Positions 36,218 through 49,964 of a stretch of DNA of 64,000 bases are shown here, piece by piece. Source of the stretch: Microthyrium microscopicum (lineage: Eukaryota); the NCBI GenBank assembly GCA_010405405.1, contig MU004235.1, forward strand, positions 1,440,538 through 1,504,537, in the 5' to 3' direction. Position numbers and translations under genes: made by a program. The notes under the pieces were generated by a model that was given only the letters and a program-made list of their open reading frames with translations, searched no databases and was not told the DNA's origin. Every line of letters begins with the position of its first letter. The stretch's first letter is position 1.

Positions 36218-38106
36218 TCATACGTCCACCGTCACTGCAATAGGGTTCTTGGGTGATAAAGTCGAGGCCTCTACATGGACAATTTCGTATGCCGGTACCG
36301 ATTCATGACGCTCGATTGGAGTGTTCATGGCGCTCACAGCGCTACCGTTGTATGATCCTGTTGGTGGTTTCCATTTCAGAAACGATCCTTCCGCATCAAG
36401 AAGCTCTTTGCGAAGGTACCATTCTTCACCAGGGCCTTGCGGCTTGAACAAGAAGCTGACCGGCCATCCTCTTACTCCTGGTATCTCTTCAAATGCGAAG
36501 AAGACGAGATGAATGCGGGCGTTCTCTGGTGGAAGCTGGTAATCGGTAGGGATCTGTCCTGGAGGTAGTTTGAGAGCCATTTCTTCCAATTGCATCACTC
36601 TCTCATTCAATAGATGGCTGTAGAATGAATCAAACAAGCATTCTCGTTTTGGGCTTAGTCGAAGAAGTTCCAGAGCGCGGCGTCGTATTGTGGGATATCG
36701 ACATTTGCGAGCAACAAGCTCAAGTGGAGGAATGATTCCAAGCTCGAAGGAAAATAATTTTGACTGAGAGTTTGGAAAACGAATACCATCTCCGACTATC
36801 TCTTCTACGAGACGGATAAGTTCCTCAAACTCGGCTTTGTAAGAATCCCAGGAAGTTTCGTACAGCGCACAGGCGTTGAGAAGCCAAAGTCGAACTGTGA
36901 GGTGAACTGCGCGGAGCATACTTTTGCCTTGAGAGAGTGGATCTACCCAATTATCCCCTTCGTGTTCCTCCAAAGCATCAAATTTGATTTTCCACGAGTT
37001 GTATAGGTTCAGCATTCGCTCCTGCATGCGAAGGTCCTCGACACTTGGTGCACCACCAGAATGCTTCTTCTTTCCAACCTCATATACGAATCCTGTCGAG
37101 CGATTTGTTATGTCAAGTAAAGTGCCAATTGCTTCTTCCATATCCTTGAGGTCTTTGACTTCCCATGAATCTGGATCTGCATTTCGAGTGAGGAAGGATA
37201 CGCCAGGTCGGCCAAAGACTGATGCCGTGATATTGAGCGAACTGAACAACGGAGCCATGACTCTTTCAACTATCTCTGTCTCAAAGTTTAGAGAACCTTT
37301 TATGTGACTGGTGTTCAGTGCATCTGATCGTTCGGTCCTTGCTTGCTCAATCATCCTAATTCCTCCATCAATGTGTTTGATTGCAGCCCAGATGTCTCTT
37401 CGCAAGAACTCCAAGCACACAAACAATAAACACCCGATTACTGGTATTATAATAGAATCCTTTTCTTGCATTTTCTTAACCATAGATCGGATGGCGCGGT
37501 TGTAGTAGTACAGTGACAATTTCTTCAATGCGACGGTTCCAGAGCCGGGGGATTCGCCGACCATGGTATCGTCTTCGTAAACCGCACTTATGGCGACTAA
37601 CGCATGTCGTATTGAGGCCTCGTCAAAACTGACTTGAAGAACAAAGTTCCAAAATGGTTCTTGAAAGTAGCCAGAGAGCTGTGGAGCAGCTTTGAGGAAG
37701 AATAGTTCAATAGAGCGAAGCTCTTTTGGACTCTGGTTCGTGAACAAAGACATGGCTTGTACAGGCCCTGGCGATATGGGACTTGACTGTGTTGTAGATC
37801 CATCTGGTGAGGCTGAGCTTCGTTCGTTGTTGAGGTATCCCTCGCATTTTCTGCCAGTGCTGGCGCATCTAGAGTATTAAACATGAGTGTGATATTCTTC
37901 CAAAACTGCAACGAAGCTTTTGTAATCTTACCGAATACACTCTGGTTTTTGCTCATCGCATTTGACATGTCGACTCCTGTTTGAGATTAGTGTTGTTCTA
38001 CAGTTCCATACAGTAATCAAGCATACTTGCAGGTTAGACATCCAGTCCTAACTTTGGGCCCACTTGCTCTCGTCCTTTTCACCGGAGATCTCGCCTTTGG
38101 TTCCAT
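36218..38106 (-). CDS. Zn(II)2Cys6 transcription factor with fungal TF middle domain
   Basis: Spliced KVRTGCLTCK|SRHVKCDEQKPECIR|CASTGRKCEGY zinc cluster, IRHALVAISA, KCRYPTIRRRALELL. Confidence 0.93.
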
Positions 38107-41041
38107 GGTATAAATCGTTCAAATTCTCATTCCAGGTAAGGGGAGAGTTGAGCTGTGTTTAACGTATTCAAAGCTTCTCAAAGAGATGATGTTTGGCGTA
38201 GTACCAAATTGGACGTCATACAAAAATAGAATGGGAGGTGACAGGAGGAATGTATCGGATATTGTAGTTGCCTTTAGGATCGCCACCACGCTGGTAATGA
38301 TTATTTCGCCCACGTTCTTTTCTCGCGTCAGAGAAAAACAGTTGATAGCCCTGCTTGCAAAGCGCCCTCCGCTTCATTATACACAGTATACATGCCCCTT
38401 GAGCAAATGAGGAGGCTCCGTTATGACCAGGGAGCCCAGAGGGCCAATATAAAACAATGGATCGCGGCCTGACCAGTGTTATACCTACAGTCTTGGTAGC
38501 GTTTGTATAACTCTTCTCCTCATCCAATGTGGTGGTTCTGGCAAGTTTTCTATGCGGTTTTAATAGAGAGCATTTCCACGTCAAAATTTCTACCTCAGTC
38601 CCAATTTTACGGCCACTGATGGATTACCTTTATATTCGGTCCGAGTTTATATTCATATCCATAAGGGTTGTGATGGCCAGCTGCACTCCGCCACCCTATA
38701 GCATACCTAAACCTGATGAATGGGCATCGCTACTAATACAGGGAATCAGTTGATTGAACAAGGCTGGCATGTGGCTAGTCAAACTTGAAACTATGTAGAT
38801 GGGCGAACGATTCCTCCATTTATGCTATGTGGATCTTGTGATGCCTGCTTAAGATCTTATTGCCCTGTCACTTGTTATGGCCGCATTTCAGTTCGTGAAC
38901 AAACCCTCCATAGATTAATATCCAATATCTTTTACCCATGTTCCTTGACTGGCCAACATTTTATTGGTAGAAGTATTATGTTCCGCATTTCACACGGCTA
39001 CCAGAATACCAGTGGAGCCCTCAATTTACGGCTTCTCATCCGTTCATTTGCCAAACCCAATTTCGGCCACACCATGTTGAGTACTCTGTCAATAAAAGAT
39101 TAGTGAGCCAGGATTTTCTGTTCCTTATTATGTTTCTTCCTAAAAACATTGAATGTGCTGTCAGTGATCATATGGCCGTCTCGAAACATCACTGAGAGCA
39201 CATGTCAATGGACTGCCTGCTTAGGCCCCTATTTGAAATTCATCAATTTGGGTCTCTCATTGCCACTTGTCACTGAATTCAAAAGGAGACTGCGATTGTT
39301 TTGCAAGATTTCAATGCCAAGGTACCAGAATCACATACCGCCATATGTAACGTACGAAATCTGTGGCCTCTCATTTGTAGGCTGTAGCCGGCTTTATCTT
39401 ACAGCAGTTTAACAGCTTAGAGCATACAATCTCTGACGACGTAGGTCAGACTACGTATATGTTAAGTATTAATGGAATTCTTTCGGCCGAACTGGCGCCA
39501 CATCTTTCTCGGGGCTAGTCGGGCAAGTCAAAGCAGCCCGTCAAGGGCAGAAAGCCGATAGAGAACGTCGAGCAATCAATTGCTGATAATGCTTTGAAAG
39601 TGAGATATCCAACAGATTGAACCAAGATACACGCTTCCGCCCTGTATATCTACTCAGCATCAGTCAAGTCGATTTGATCTACTACATATCAAGCTCGAAT
39701 GACTTCTTAATTCAGGTGCATGCCATGGCAAACTTGGAACTGGGGGTGACTATTCTCGACGACATAATAGACTCGCATCTGGAGCGAGCTTGACATCTGT
39801 GAAACGAAGCTTGAGTAAAGGTTAACCAAGAACAACGCGAAATGCTACATGAGCTTTAACTACTTGAACAGTTATTTTTCGTCACTGTGACATTACCATC
39901 GAGCTAGAGACTCAAGGAAGGAGGACATCCCCGATGCTGAGGCTTAGAAGACGCACTTACGAACTGAAGCCCCACCCTGAAGCAAGTAATAACAACATGA
40001 ACCAGCAGAGCCCATAGCTGTGATAACATGCATCGACGAGGTTTGATCAAGACTAGGCCATAACCCAATATATCCGATCATGGCTTAACGGCAATGGCAT
40101 CGAAAGTTTGATCTACCGATCAGCCAAGATTCGAAGTTGAGGTTCCAAATGTCTGGTGGTTTCACACTTGCATGAGCTATATCTAGATTCAGGTTCACTC
40201 CGTCATCATGAAGCACGTCACTGCAATCAGATGGAGATCCTCCATTGATACGAGGGTTGAACTAGAAGGATTCATCGATACGATATTGCACATGCAGTGA
40301 ACAAAGAAAGTGCCGGGTACATGTAGCACTACGCCTGACTTTGCGAATAATGAATAACGCTTCAAGGTCAAATTTTAAGAAGCTGATCCTATCACGTTCC
40401 TTCGGAATTGACGATGACTAAAGGGCTGAGGGGTCTAGGGCCTTTCTTCAACTGCTTCGCCATTCGGTGACATGTGTAACTTTGGGGCTTGAACAACTCA
40501 GATGGTGTGCAAAGTATTTCTCATAGATGCTATTGTTGAGGATGTTGACTCTCTACAGCCTGCATAAGCTCTCATCACGAAATTGAACAAACTTCACTGC
40601 CACGTTTCTGGACAACCAAGAGGTTCTGACTTGTCAAAATGTTCTCATTTTATCATTCCACACATGTACATGGTGGAATAAAAATAGTGGAGAGATTTAA
40701 AACCTAACGTGCTCAGTCGGTCAATTTGGTGGTCCACAACACGAAAAGATCTGATCGAGGTATTTAGACTCGTCTTCTAAGCAAATCTGATCCAATCGAG
40801 AATGGTGAGTAACGTAAGGCCAAACGTGGCTCCAGCTGAGACTCCAAAACCATGGGACCTAGCAAAGAGGCTGATCCAGCCAGATTATCATCGCGATCAA
40901 GCTCCACCAGATCGAATGACACAAGCAGCTATGGCAAGCCATAAAAGCAACATAGGGCCAGAGTGATCTCGCCCAAGTAAAGGTGAAATTTCCACCGCAA
41001 CTTAACACCCTGAACCCATGATAATCACCAGAAGTTCCCAA

Positions 41042-42651
41042 ATGGCGGGCCGAATTGTATCCGGAGCATACAAAATCGTCAGCGAGAAGCTGCAGAACGA
41101 TGAGATCTTTGAGGAGAACATCATCCGTATCGAAGCTTACGAATCAGAGCGTGAGATCACTCGTGCTTTTGACGAATATGAGACCGATACCAGAGAGGAG
41201 CGTGAGCTCGTCAGAAAGATTGATGTGAGGATCTTGCCAATCCTTGGGCTTGTGTATGCTGCTCAGTCAATGGACAAGGCTGGAATGGTAAGACTGAACT
41301 TTTACCATCTTTGTTTGAGTGCTCACTGATGTTTTGTTAGAACGGCACTCGTCTTGCTGGTAAAGCTCGCCAATTCTACAACAACAACCATGGATATTCA
41401 ACAGCAATGACCACGATGGCCGTCGGCTACATTGCTCTTGTTGTAGCATCCAACATGGTGCTCTCTCGAGTCCGCCCTTCGCAATTCCTAGCTGGTATTC
41501 TTGTAGTCGCCGGCATCATGAACGCACTATCAGCTACCATGCCAAACATTCAAAGCATGCTAGTAGCCCGTCTCCCAGGAGCCACCATCGAGGCCGTGAC
41601 ATTCCCAGCCATCCTCTACATCCTATCCTGCTGGTACAAGCCCCGAGAAATTGGCAAGCGGATCGCTATCTTCCCAGCAATCGGTATGATCACTCAAGCA
41701 ATCTCCACCACCATTGCAAGGAACAGCGTCGCTTTCACCAACAACTTGAACCCCTGGAGAGCAATCTTTATGGTCAACGGCCTCATCCTTCTGGGCGCCG
41801 CTCCCATGGTCGCTTACTCAATGCTCGACTACCCAGCAATCTCCCGCCTGCTCTCTCGCCGCGAACGCGAGCTCGCTACAATCCGCCTGCTCCGCACCGG
41901 CCAGGACACCGGCAGCTCAACCCGTCTCGGACTCGAACGCCTAGGCCACGTTGATGCTCTCATCGCCACCATCCGCGACCCACGCATCCTTCTCATTGCT
42001 GGATTATCTGTGCTGCTCGTCTCCGCGTCCTCAGCAAGCCATCTGATCACATCAACGTCCAGCTCCGTGCTCCAAGCATACAGCCCACTGCGCGCCCACC
42101 ACATTGCCCCAGGCGTCTTCATTTTCGGCCTTGTCGTCCTTGCCCTCACCATGGTACTCAGCGACCGCAGCACCGAGCGCCGCACCCCCATCATCGCTCT
42201 CCTCCTCGCCGCCATCGCCGGCCCAGCTACCCGTCTCGCAACTCATACAGGCGAGAGCACCATCATCCGCGTCATGGCCAACGCTCTCTTCGTTGCCGCA
42301 ATTTTCAGCGTACAACCACTCCTCACAGCCTGGCTCGTCAACACCATCCGCGCGCCCGCCGAGAAGCGTGCCGTAGCTATCGCGCTCGTACATGGCGTCG
42401 CTACTACCGCAGCCGTTGGAGGTGCACGCATGTGGCCCCGTGCCAACGGTTCTCGGACTCGCATTGATGCAGGCATGGCTACAAGCTTGTTGGCTATTGC
42501 TGCCGTTGCGGCTCTGGCCGTCCCAGCTATGCTGCCACTCAAGAACTACCGTGGAACTAGAGCCGAGCGTAGCCTGGAGACGAAACGACGAGCTCGAGTT
42601 GCGGTCGAGGAGATGCTCGAAGAAGAAGAAGAGTGCGAGAAGAGAATCTAA
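41042..42651 (+). CDS. MFS transporter, anion:cation symporter (Dal5/Tna1-like), divergent
   Basis: ELVRKIDVRILP, ILSCWYKPREIGKR, PWRAIFMVNG, about 12 hydrophobic segments. Intron about 41288-41340. Alternative start 41018. Confidence 0.88.
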
Positions 42652-43470
42652 GGTAGGTGAAAATCCGCGAAAGGCGAACTAGGGGCAAGAACATGCCAAG
42701 TATTTTACTTGCGTCTTCCTTCTCAACTCGCGCATCGGGTAGTTCCAATCTGGTAGATGGTCTTGCTTGGATTTGACACCAATCAGATACAGATAAGCAC
42801 ACCCAAATAGCAAAGCCTGGGTGATACACTCGCTAATAAATGTAAATACAAAATCCCTACGGTCATTGCAGGGGATATGAACCGGTTGTAAATAGATGTG
42901 GGCGTACCGCCACCAATAAAAGTGTTTTTCCTTTGTGATAAAATCTTGCACTTGCGGTATGCTGTTAAGATGTCAATTAGGCAAAGTGGGTCGGCTAAAA
43001 GTCATATAGTTGCTTCTCAGCGCGGGTTGAATACTGCAGAATATGTACGGCTCGCCGTAATGTTCAATCAATAGGGGTTTCATCAGGACCTAGGCATCAT
43101 ACGTGAAGATTGTGAAAAGTAGTTGGTTGTTGCTGATGAAAAGTTGACCTCGTAACCGAAAGCATTGAAAAAACCAACTCCACACAATTTGGAGCTTTGA
43201 GCAAAAAGATGCAGACTCCCCATTGAAACGGTTGCTCGTGCCGTTCTGGACCTTCACATATAGCAGTTGAAAATTAGTTTCTTGTTAGCCAAATTTCTTG
43301 ATATGACACTTACAGCTCCAAGCACCACATCTGACGCAGGAACGTATGGGATTCTCCGAACATCTCACTATCATGTCCACGCTCAATTTGGCTTCTTAAC
43401 GCATTCATTATACCTCGCATATATACACGTCGCCTCCTCTGCCTTCAAGCTCCAATGTTCACTCCAATAT

Positions 43471-43985
43471 TTACGACCGTGCCTTGGAAACAGGTTCCCA
43501 GCTTGCTATCTTCACCTTCGTCGTACTATACGGCCGATAGGCGCTCCTACTCAGCGTCATCACTGGCTTATGTTCTTTCAACTCCCACACCCGTTTCATT
43601 GTCTGACTGAGGGGATCTTCTGTCGGCGGGAGATCAGTGCTGTAGGACATCCAGTTGTGCCAGCCAGGCTCGATCTGGTCCGGGGAGTATTCGGAGTTGG
43701 CGTAGTCGACCCACCGAGTTCGTAGCGGCAGCTCTTGATGTTTTGAGGTCGTGACGGGAGCTTCGTAGTATTTGTTGCCGAGACGGTCGGTACCGATTAG
43801 AATACCGGCTTTGGTGTCGCCGATGTTTTGTAGCTGGTGGGCTGCGTCCTAGGGGTTGTTGGGTTAGTTGAGGTTTGGGAAAGCATTGGGGAGCGGAGGT
43901 GTCGGGTAAGTAGCTCAATTGGGAGTATACGTACTCGGATGCCGACGCGCCAGAGATTGCGGAGTGTGCGGGTTACTGTTGACAT
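43471..43985 (-). CDS. NDUFA12: NADH:ubiquinone oxidoreductase subunit NDUFA12 family
   Basis: Intron 43849-43934. Spliced product has IGDTKAGILIGTDRLGNKYYE, LRTRWVDY, IEPGWHNWMSY and WEP. Confidence 0.94.
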
Positions 43986-44349
43986 GGTGTTATATGTTGG
44001 AGAGGAGTTTTCGAGCTTGAGATCGTTGAGGTTGGCGGTTTGAATTGATGGTAATCAAGATGTTGATGTCGTTGATATTGAGGCTGCAAGGCGGGAATAA
44101 CTTGATGCCTGAGCTTGAGGGGTGCGGAACTTGCCGCAATATGATGGAACTGATCTTGATGAGTGAACAGCCCTCTGAGACCTTCAAAGTCACCTTTTAT
44201 GTTCTACGAATGACTGCCACTTCTGACTAGCAAAGTCGGTCGCTCAATTTCTTTTCTGATAGTCTCTCCTCCTGGCCTCTGATCCGCCCGTTTCGCAATC
44301 CTCCTGCTCCTCTTCATACATCGCTCCAAGCTACCTCCGGTTTGCCATA

Positions 44350-45865
44350 ATGGCCGAAACATCCTCTATTAAGCTAAGTCCAGACACTCATGTTCAATTG
44401 GTATGCTCTCGCAAGATTTCCTGAAGCTTCTCGTCTTGCTGACATGGTATTTTAGGACCAAACTCTCCTTCGCCTCCCCCATGAACTCTCCCGAAGAACT
44501 CTCCGAACCGCCAACCGCCACGTCGAACAGACACAGACAAAAGTGGACGATGCGCTCAAACAAGCTATGAGAAATACCGGCGGCGATGGATCCAAAAGCC
44601 TTGCTGCCATAGACCAAGCGATTGCTAGAGTAAAGGCAACTCAGCAGAAGCTTCAGGCTCTCGAAGACACCCAGCAACAACTCTCCCATCAGATGGCCTC
44701 GCGGATAGCACATGTAGACGAACTATATCGCATGAACACGCTGGCCGATGTCAAATACGAGAAATGGAGTCGCACACGGTTAGATCGGCTGATTGTAGAT
44801 TTCATGTTGCGGCGAGGGTATAACGAAAGCGCGAAAACGCTTGCGGCGGATCGTGGAATTGACCAGCTGGTGGATATAGACGAATTCGAGAACGTGGCTA
44901 AGATTGAGCGGTCGATACGGCAGGATCATCGAATAGATTTGGCTTTGACATGGTGTGGAGAGAATAAACAGACTTTGAAGAAGTTTGATGTAAGTGAACT
45001 TTCTTCAGATGGTTACTAGGGAGTGCTGACTGAGTTCACAGATAATGTTTGAATACCAGCTCAGGTTGCAACAATATATCGAACTCATACGAGAGGGAAC
45101 GGATAACAAGCTCTTCGAAGCTACGATACATGCTCGAAAGTATCTCATTGGATCACTCAATACATCTCCAGCGACCGGAATAGAATCCGCCGGATTGCTT
45201 GCATTTGCACTGAGTAGAGATACAGATGTGGAACCATATTGCGTACGTCTCCAACATTCGGTCTTTGGTCTTGAACTAATCAACAATAGGGCCTCTTCTC
45301 GGAAAGCCGCTGGGACACAGTCGCTGATGATTTCCTCGAAGCCCATCACAAAATCTTCTACCTCCCTCTCCGCCCACTCCTCCACATCGCTCTCACCGCT
45401 GGCCTATCTGCGCTCAAGACGCCAGCATGCCATTCCAAATTTGTCTCGCCTACTTCTGGTCTAAACCAAGCACGCTCGCCCTCAGCGGCGTTTGATTTTT
45501 CAGACACGAGTATGCAGACAGATGATGACAACGCGTCCATGCACAACAGCGCAACCATTGACTCGATTATCGATGGTGATGGCACGCTCTTCTCAGCCGC
45601 CACGGCACTCCTAAACACGCCCGTCTGTCCAATCTGCAGCACAGAACTCAATCAACTAGCCAAAAGCGTACCATTCGCCCACCATTCGAAAAGCCATGTA
45701 GAAAGCGACCCCGTCGTCCTTCCCAACGGCCGCATCTACGGACGCGAACGACTAATCGCTGTAAACGAAAAAATGGGCACGCCAGAAGGCTATGTGCGGG
45801 ATCCCATGGATCCCGACGCACCCTCCGTACAATGGAGCCAAGTCCGCAAAGTGTTCATATCATAG
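44350..45865 (+). CDS. FYV10: GID/CTLH E3 ligase subunit Fyv10/Gid9 (MAEA)
   Basis: DQTLLRLPHEL, LisH RLDRLIVDFMLRRGY, CTLH ALTWCGENK..LRLQQYIELIR, LSALKTPACHS, RING CPICSTELN..PFAHHSKS..PVVLPNGRIYG. Three introns. Confidence 0.95.
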
Positions 45866-45907
45866 CATAAGCCTAGCGTTGTACCATATTATATAGACAA
45901 TACCAAA

Positions 45908-46918
45908 TCATTCTTCCTTGAACTTGTGCTGCTCATCCTCACTATCACTACTCTCCTCCCCAGCCTTCCGCTTCTTCCTCCTCTTCTTACCACCACCATC
46001 CTCATCCCTCTTCAGCCCAAATTCATATACCCTCGCCGCCCTATCCTCCCCCTTCCACGCACTCTCGCTCTCCTCTTGCCCATCCTCCCCTCCCTTCCTT
46101 ACAACCCCCAAAGTCCTCGCATGTCGATACGTCGGATACGTACTCTTATCGAACGCAAAAGACCTCAACACCGTAAGTCCCGCATGTCTCGCCAAATCCC
46201 GTATATTCCACAACGTATACGGCACACGCTCAAACAACGTAACCAGCACACTACTCTGCCTTAACGCGCCGGGGCCATTCACATCGCTGTAACCGCCCTC
46301 CTCACCGCCCTCATCGTCGTCCTCGCTGACATCCACCGGATCAAGCAAACCCTTCACACTCTCAAAGAATGCAGCAAGCAGCGCTTGGTTTGCGCGCACC
46401 TGCCTATTCACATCTGTGGATTTACCGCCTACATGCGGGAAATTGAAGACGATGCGACGGAAGCGTTGCTTTTTGAACGTGCGGTGGAGGGTTGTTGCGT
46501 CGATGGAGTAGCGTATTACATCGTCTTCTGCAGCGTCAAGCGTGGACGTTATGGTGGAAATGTGGGCAGCGGAACTCGGGTATTTAGCATGAACCTCCTC
46601 CTCGCTATCAAAAGCCGTAGCGACTAAGCTCGCAAGCGCATGGTCGGTGATTAGACTGGCGGCGAAGGAAAAGTCGCCTTCGCCGATGAGTAGGGTATGG
46701 TCGTAGGGACTGAAGGGGATTGTTGGTTTCCGTGTGCTTGCGCTCTTTGTTGCGGATGTAGAGCTGGTGGTGGTCGGATGTACGAGTCCAGTGCTTCTAG
46801 CAATAGGTGTAGGTTTGGCGGAGGGTTTTGCTTTTGATTTGAAGGTTGGTGGATTTTGGACACGGGAAGCGAAAGATTTATTTGCGTCGGGGAAGTTTGA
46901 GCGGCGTTTTTTGGCCAT
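45908..46918 (-). CDS. BMT5: 25S rRNA uridine-N3 methyltransferase (DUF2431)
   Basis: LLIGEGDFSFA, IDAT, IVFNFPHVGG..DVNRQVRANQ.LL..FF, PYTLWNIRDLA, YRHARTLG. Confidence 0.93.
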   Translation of the reverse strand: MAKKRRSNFPDANKSFASRVQNPPTFKSKAKPSAKPTPIARSTGLVHPTTTSSTSATKSASTRKPTIPFSPYDHTLLIGEGDFSFAASLITDHALASLVATAFDSEEEVHAKYPSSAAHISTITSTLDAAEDDVIRYSIDATTLHRTFKKQRFRRIVFNFPHVGGKSTDVNRQVRANQALLAAFFESVKGLLDPVDVSEDDDEGGEEGGYSDVNGPGALRQSSVLVTLFERVPYTLWNIRDLARHAGLTVLRSFAFDKSTYPTYRHARTLGVVRKGGEDGQEESESAWKGEDRAARVYEFGLKRDEDGGGKKRRKKRKAGEESSDSEDEQHKFKEE

Positions 46919-47587
46919 TATGATAAGTGACTCCTTGCTCTTGAATTTCTAGAATTTCCTCTTCTCCTTCGATTCAGTCTTGAGTAGCTATATGCTGATA
47001 CAAAATTGTGAATGGTTTCGTGTGTTGTGGTGCAGATGATCAGAACAATGGAGAAGAGGAGTACAAGTTTGGGAGTTGTGAGGTTTTCATGTCGGGAATT
47101 TCCCCAACCCCCGTCTCCTAAAAAATTATTTTCAAGAGGACCAAGACGCAATGAAGGTTAGGAACGAAAGTTTAGAGAATGAAGAGAGAATGTTGTCTTT
47201 TCCATTAAGCTATAGTACACTTTCCTAGCCATGCACGCACGCTCGCTCGCTGCGCTAAACCTGCCACTAATAATCCTATCTTCTACAAAGCCTCGCTCGG
47301 CCTGTCATTTTGACATTCTATCTTGTTGCCACTCCACTACACTTTCTCGATCTTCTTCTCACGCAGCTTCGGAAGTCTTGCCATAGCACCTCAAGGATGC
47401 CAGCGAAGCTTGTCTCGTCAAATCGAGACTGAGTTGCTCTTGAGTTGGCCCACGATCAACAATGATGCCGAGTGCGGCTGAACGCTGCTTGGCCAAGTGA
47501 GACTAAGATAAACCAAACAGCGGTTCTGGGCTCGGTATCCGCACCATCGGAGCATCACAAAAGGAGCCGACTTCATCTGGAGGTGTT

Positions 47588-49964
47588 CTACACCATGTGC
47601 AGTTCGAGTTTATCCCCCTCGCTGAAAGGCTTCAAGCAAGTAGGACACTTGCGATTCCGGTTGGTGATTCGATCTTTGACGCACTCAGAGCACATGACAT
47701 GCCCACAAGACTTGAGTACTATATTCTTGGGGTTGGATCTGCACACGCTGCAATATACGAAGTCCTGTTTTAGTTGGTTAGTAAGCACAAACTTCGTGCA
47801 GCACAGGAACTGCTTACCTTGAGGTTTTTAACCATCTCACTCTCATCCTTGGGCGATTTATGCTTCAATGCATCCAGTTTCTTCTTGGTGTCGGTAAGCT
47901 GTGATTGTAAGCCTGCAGCTTCTCGTTGCGCTTCATATGTTGCCGCTTGCGCGGTGGCTAAATCTGTATCTTTCGCGGCGATTGCTCGTTTCCACGATTC
48001 CGTTTGAGTTGCGTGACCAGCTGCAAGAGTTTTTAGGCTGGTGACTTCTGACGTTAAAGTACGATGTTGTAGTGTTAATGCATCCAGTTGACTACGAGCT
48101 TCTGCCAGCTGTTTTTCAAGATTGGCGGCATACTCGCGGCTTTTATTCTCTGCTTCCTTCAGCTGTTGGATGATCTCAGCACTCTTGCCGCTTTGTTTGC
48201 GCATCAATTCGCATTCTTGACGTCGAGCCTCTAAAGCTTGTCGTTCGTTGAATCGTTTGCTTTCCAGTTGGTGCTTATCTTCGCGAAGTTTCTGGTTGTG
48301 CTCCTCAATCTGAACCGTCTCTTTCACCTTGCTCAGTGCCTTTTGCTTGTATTTGGTAATCGCTTCCTGCATGTTCGTCATCTCACTAGATAATATGTCG
48401 TACTGAGAACGCTTGGAAGCCAACTCGGATTTCAGTGCATCAACGCCTTGCTCCGCAATAGCATCAATGGCAGCATCTGCTTCCACCGGCTCACGTCTGA
48501 GCAACCTGACTTCATCTTCCAAAGCCAGAATTTGCTTTTCATGGGCCTCGTTGAGGCCACTGACCTCTCGCATGGCAAGAGTGTACTTGGTCTGATTTGA
48601 TTCAAGCATGGCTCTTTGCTGATGGGTCTGATCTCTTTCAGAGCGAATCCGCTGAATATCCAAGTCTACCCGAGCGACTTGAGCCTCGGCTTCTTCGATC
48701 CTCAGCCGGCATTCCTCTTCCACTTGGCCACGATAAAGAGTTCGTTCCGAAGCCAATTTGGTCGCTTCTTCTCGGAGTAGAACATTCTTGGCTTCGATAT
48801 CGTTGATGCGCTTTAGGACATCCTCGTGTTGTGCTTTGAGTGCTTTAAATAATTCGGTTTTGGCGTAGTCCTCGTCATTCAAGCTAAGCATCCGGGTAGT
48901 CGCAGTGCTGAGCTGCTCATTGACTTTGGCGTTATTGGCCTCCAGTGTGGCGATTTGTTCCTTGCATTTCTCGAGTTCAGCCATGATCTCGAGTTTGCGC
49001 TGTTCCAAAAGTTCTACTGATGCCCCATTGACCTCCGAGACCCCGTTAGTTGAGGCTCCGTTGGATTGCTTGGCTCCATCTGAAGAGCTCTCTCGAGCGG
49101 GACCCTGGTCCGATGTTGTTTGTTGGCGATTTAGCATTTCCAAATACTGACTGGTCTGGCTTTTTTGCTTGTCAAGGGCATGCTTTGCCATGCCCCACTT
49201 GTACATATAATCATCTTTCTTGGTGTCCGCCTCTTTCCAACTAAGCTCTAGAAGCTCATACCGTTCAGCATGAGCTTTCTCAGCAGCAAGCAATCGATCT
49301 ATTTCGCGTTGTAACTCGGCGATATCAGGTGTTGCGGTTGGAGCTCGCGCAATGATTGAATCCATGAGCTGTTGGAGAGTATTAAAGCGATCTTTGAGAG
49401 AGTTGTTGAATATGTCGTTACTCTTCAGTGAAAGGAGTTTGGACAGTTGGGATGGGTTGTCCTCGAGAGGTTTGGAAATTGAAGTCATATCACCAATGAG
49501 TACGGCTAGTTCATCCGAGAACTAAAGCGACGATTAGCCGGTGCCATCATGCCACGAATAGTATCCATACCTGTTCAAGCCATTTATCAACTGAGATGGC
49601 GCGTATCTTGAGATTCTTTTCCCGCTCTTGGCAGTCTTTCAGCTCTTGTTCAAGTCGCAATTTATCACGTTTATGTTCGCGCATTTGTCGCCAAATCGCA
49701 TCCTTCTGGACGGCCTAAAACAAGATCGGTGGTTAGTATTGTTGGCAGAAGGAGTATGAAAAGGGTACGCACCGATAAGTCGACAGCCCATGGGGAGGTG
49801 GTGGGCCCAATCTTGACATCGAGGGCATCATCAGTGTTGCCAGCCGTGTTCTGACGCTTGTTGGGTGGAGGTTGTAAGTCATCGTTTTCAATGGGGCGTT
49901 TGCGCTCTTCCATCTTGATAGATGCAAGCGATGGCTTTGACTGTAGCATGGCCTTGAGACTCAT
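47588..49964 (-). CDS. BRE1: E3 ubiquitin ligase for histone H2B
   Basis: MEERKRP N-terminus, QKDAIWRQM, long coiled coil, YAKTELFK, C-terminal RING CSVC..CGHVMC.EC..RNRKCPTC. Three introns, start uncertain. Confidence 0.93.

Noticed and set aside
45865..45908. FYV10 and BMT5 stop codons only 42 bp apart
   Set aside because: Overlapping convergent 3' UTRs are common in compact fungal genomes.
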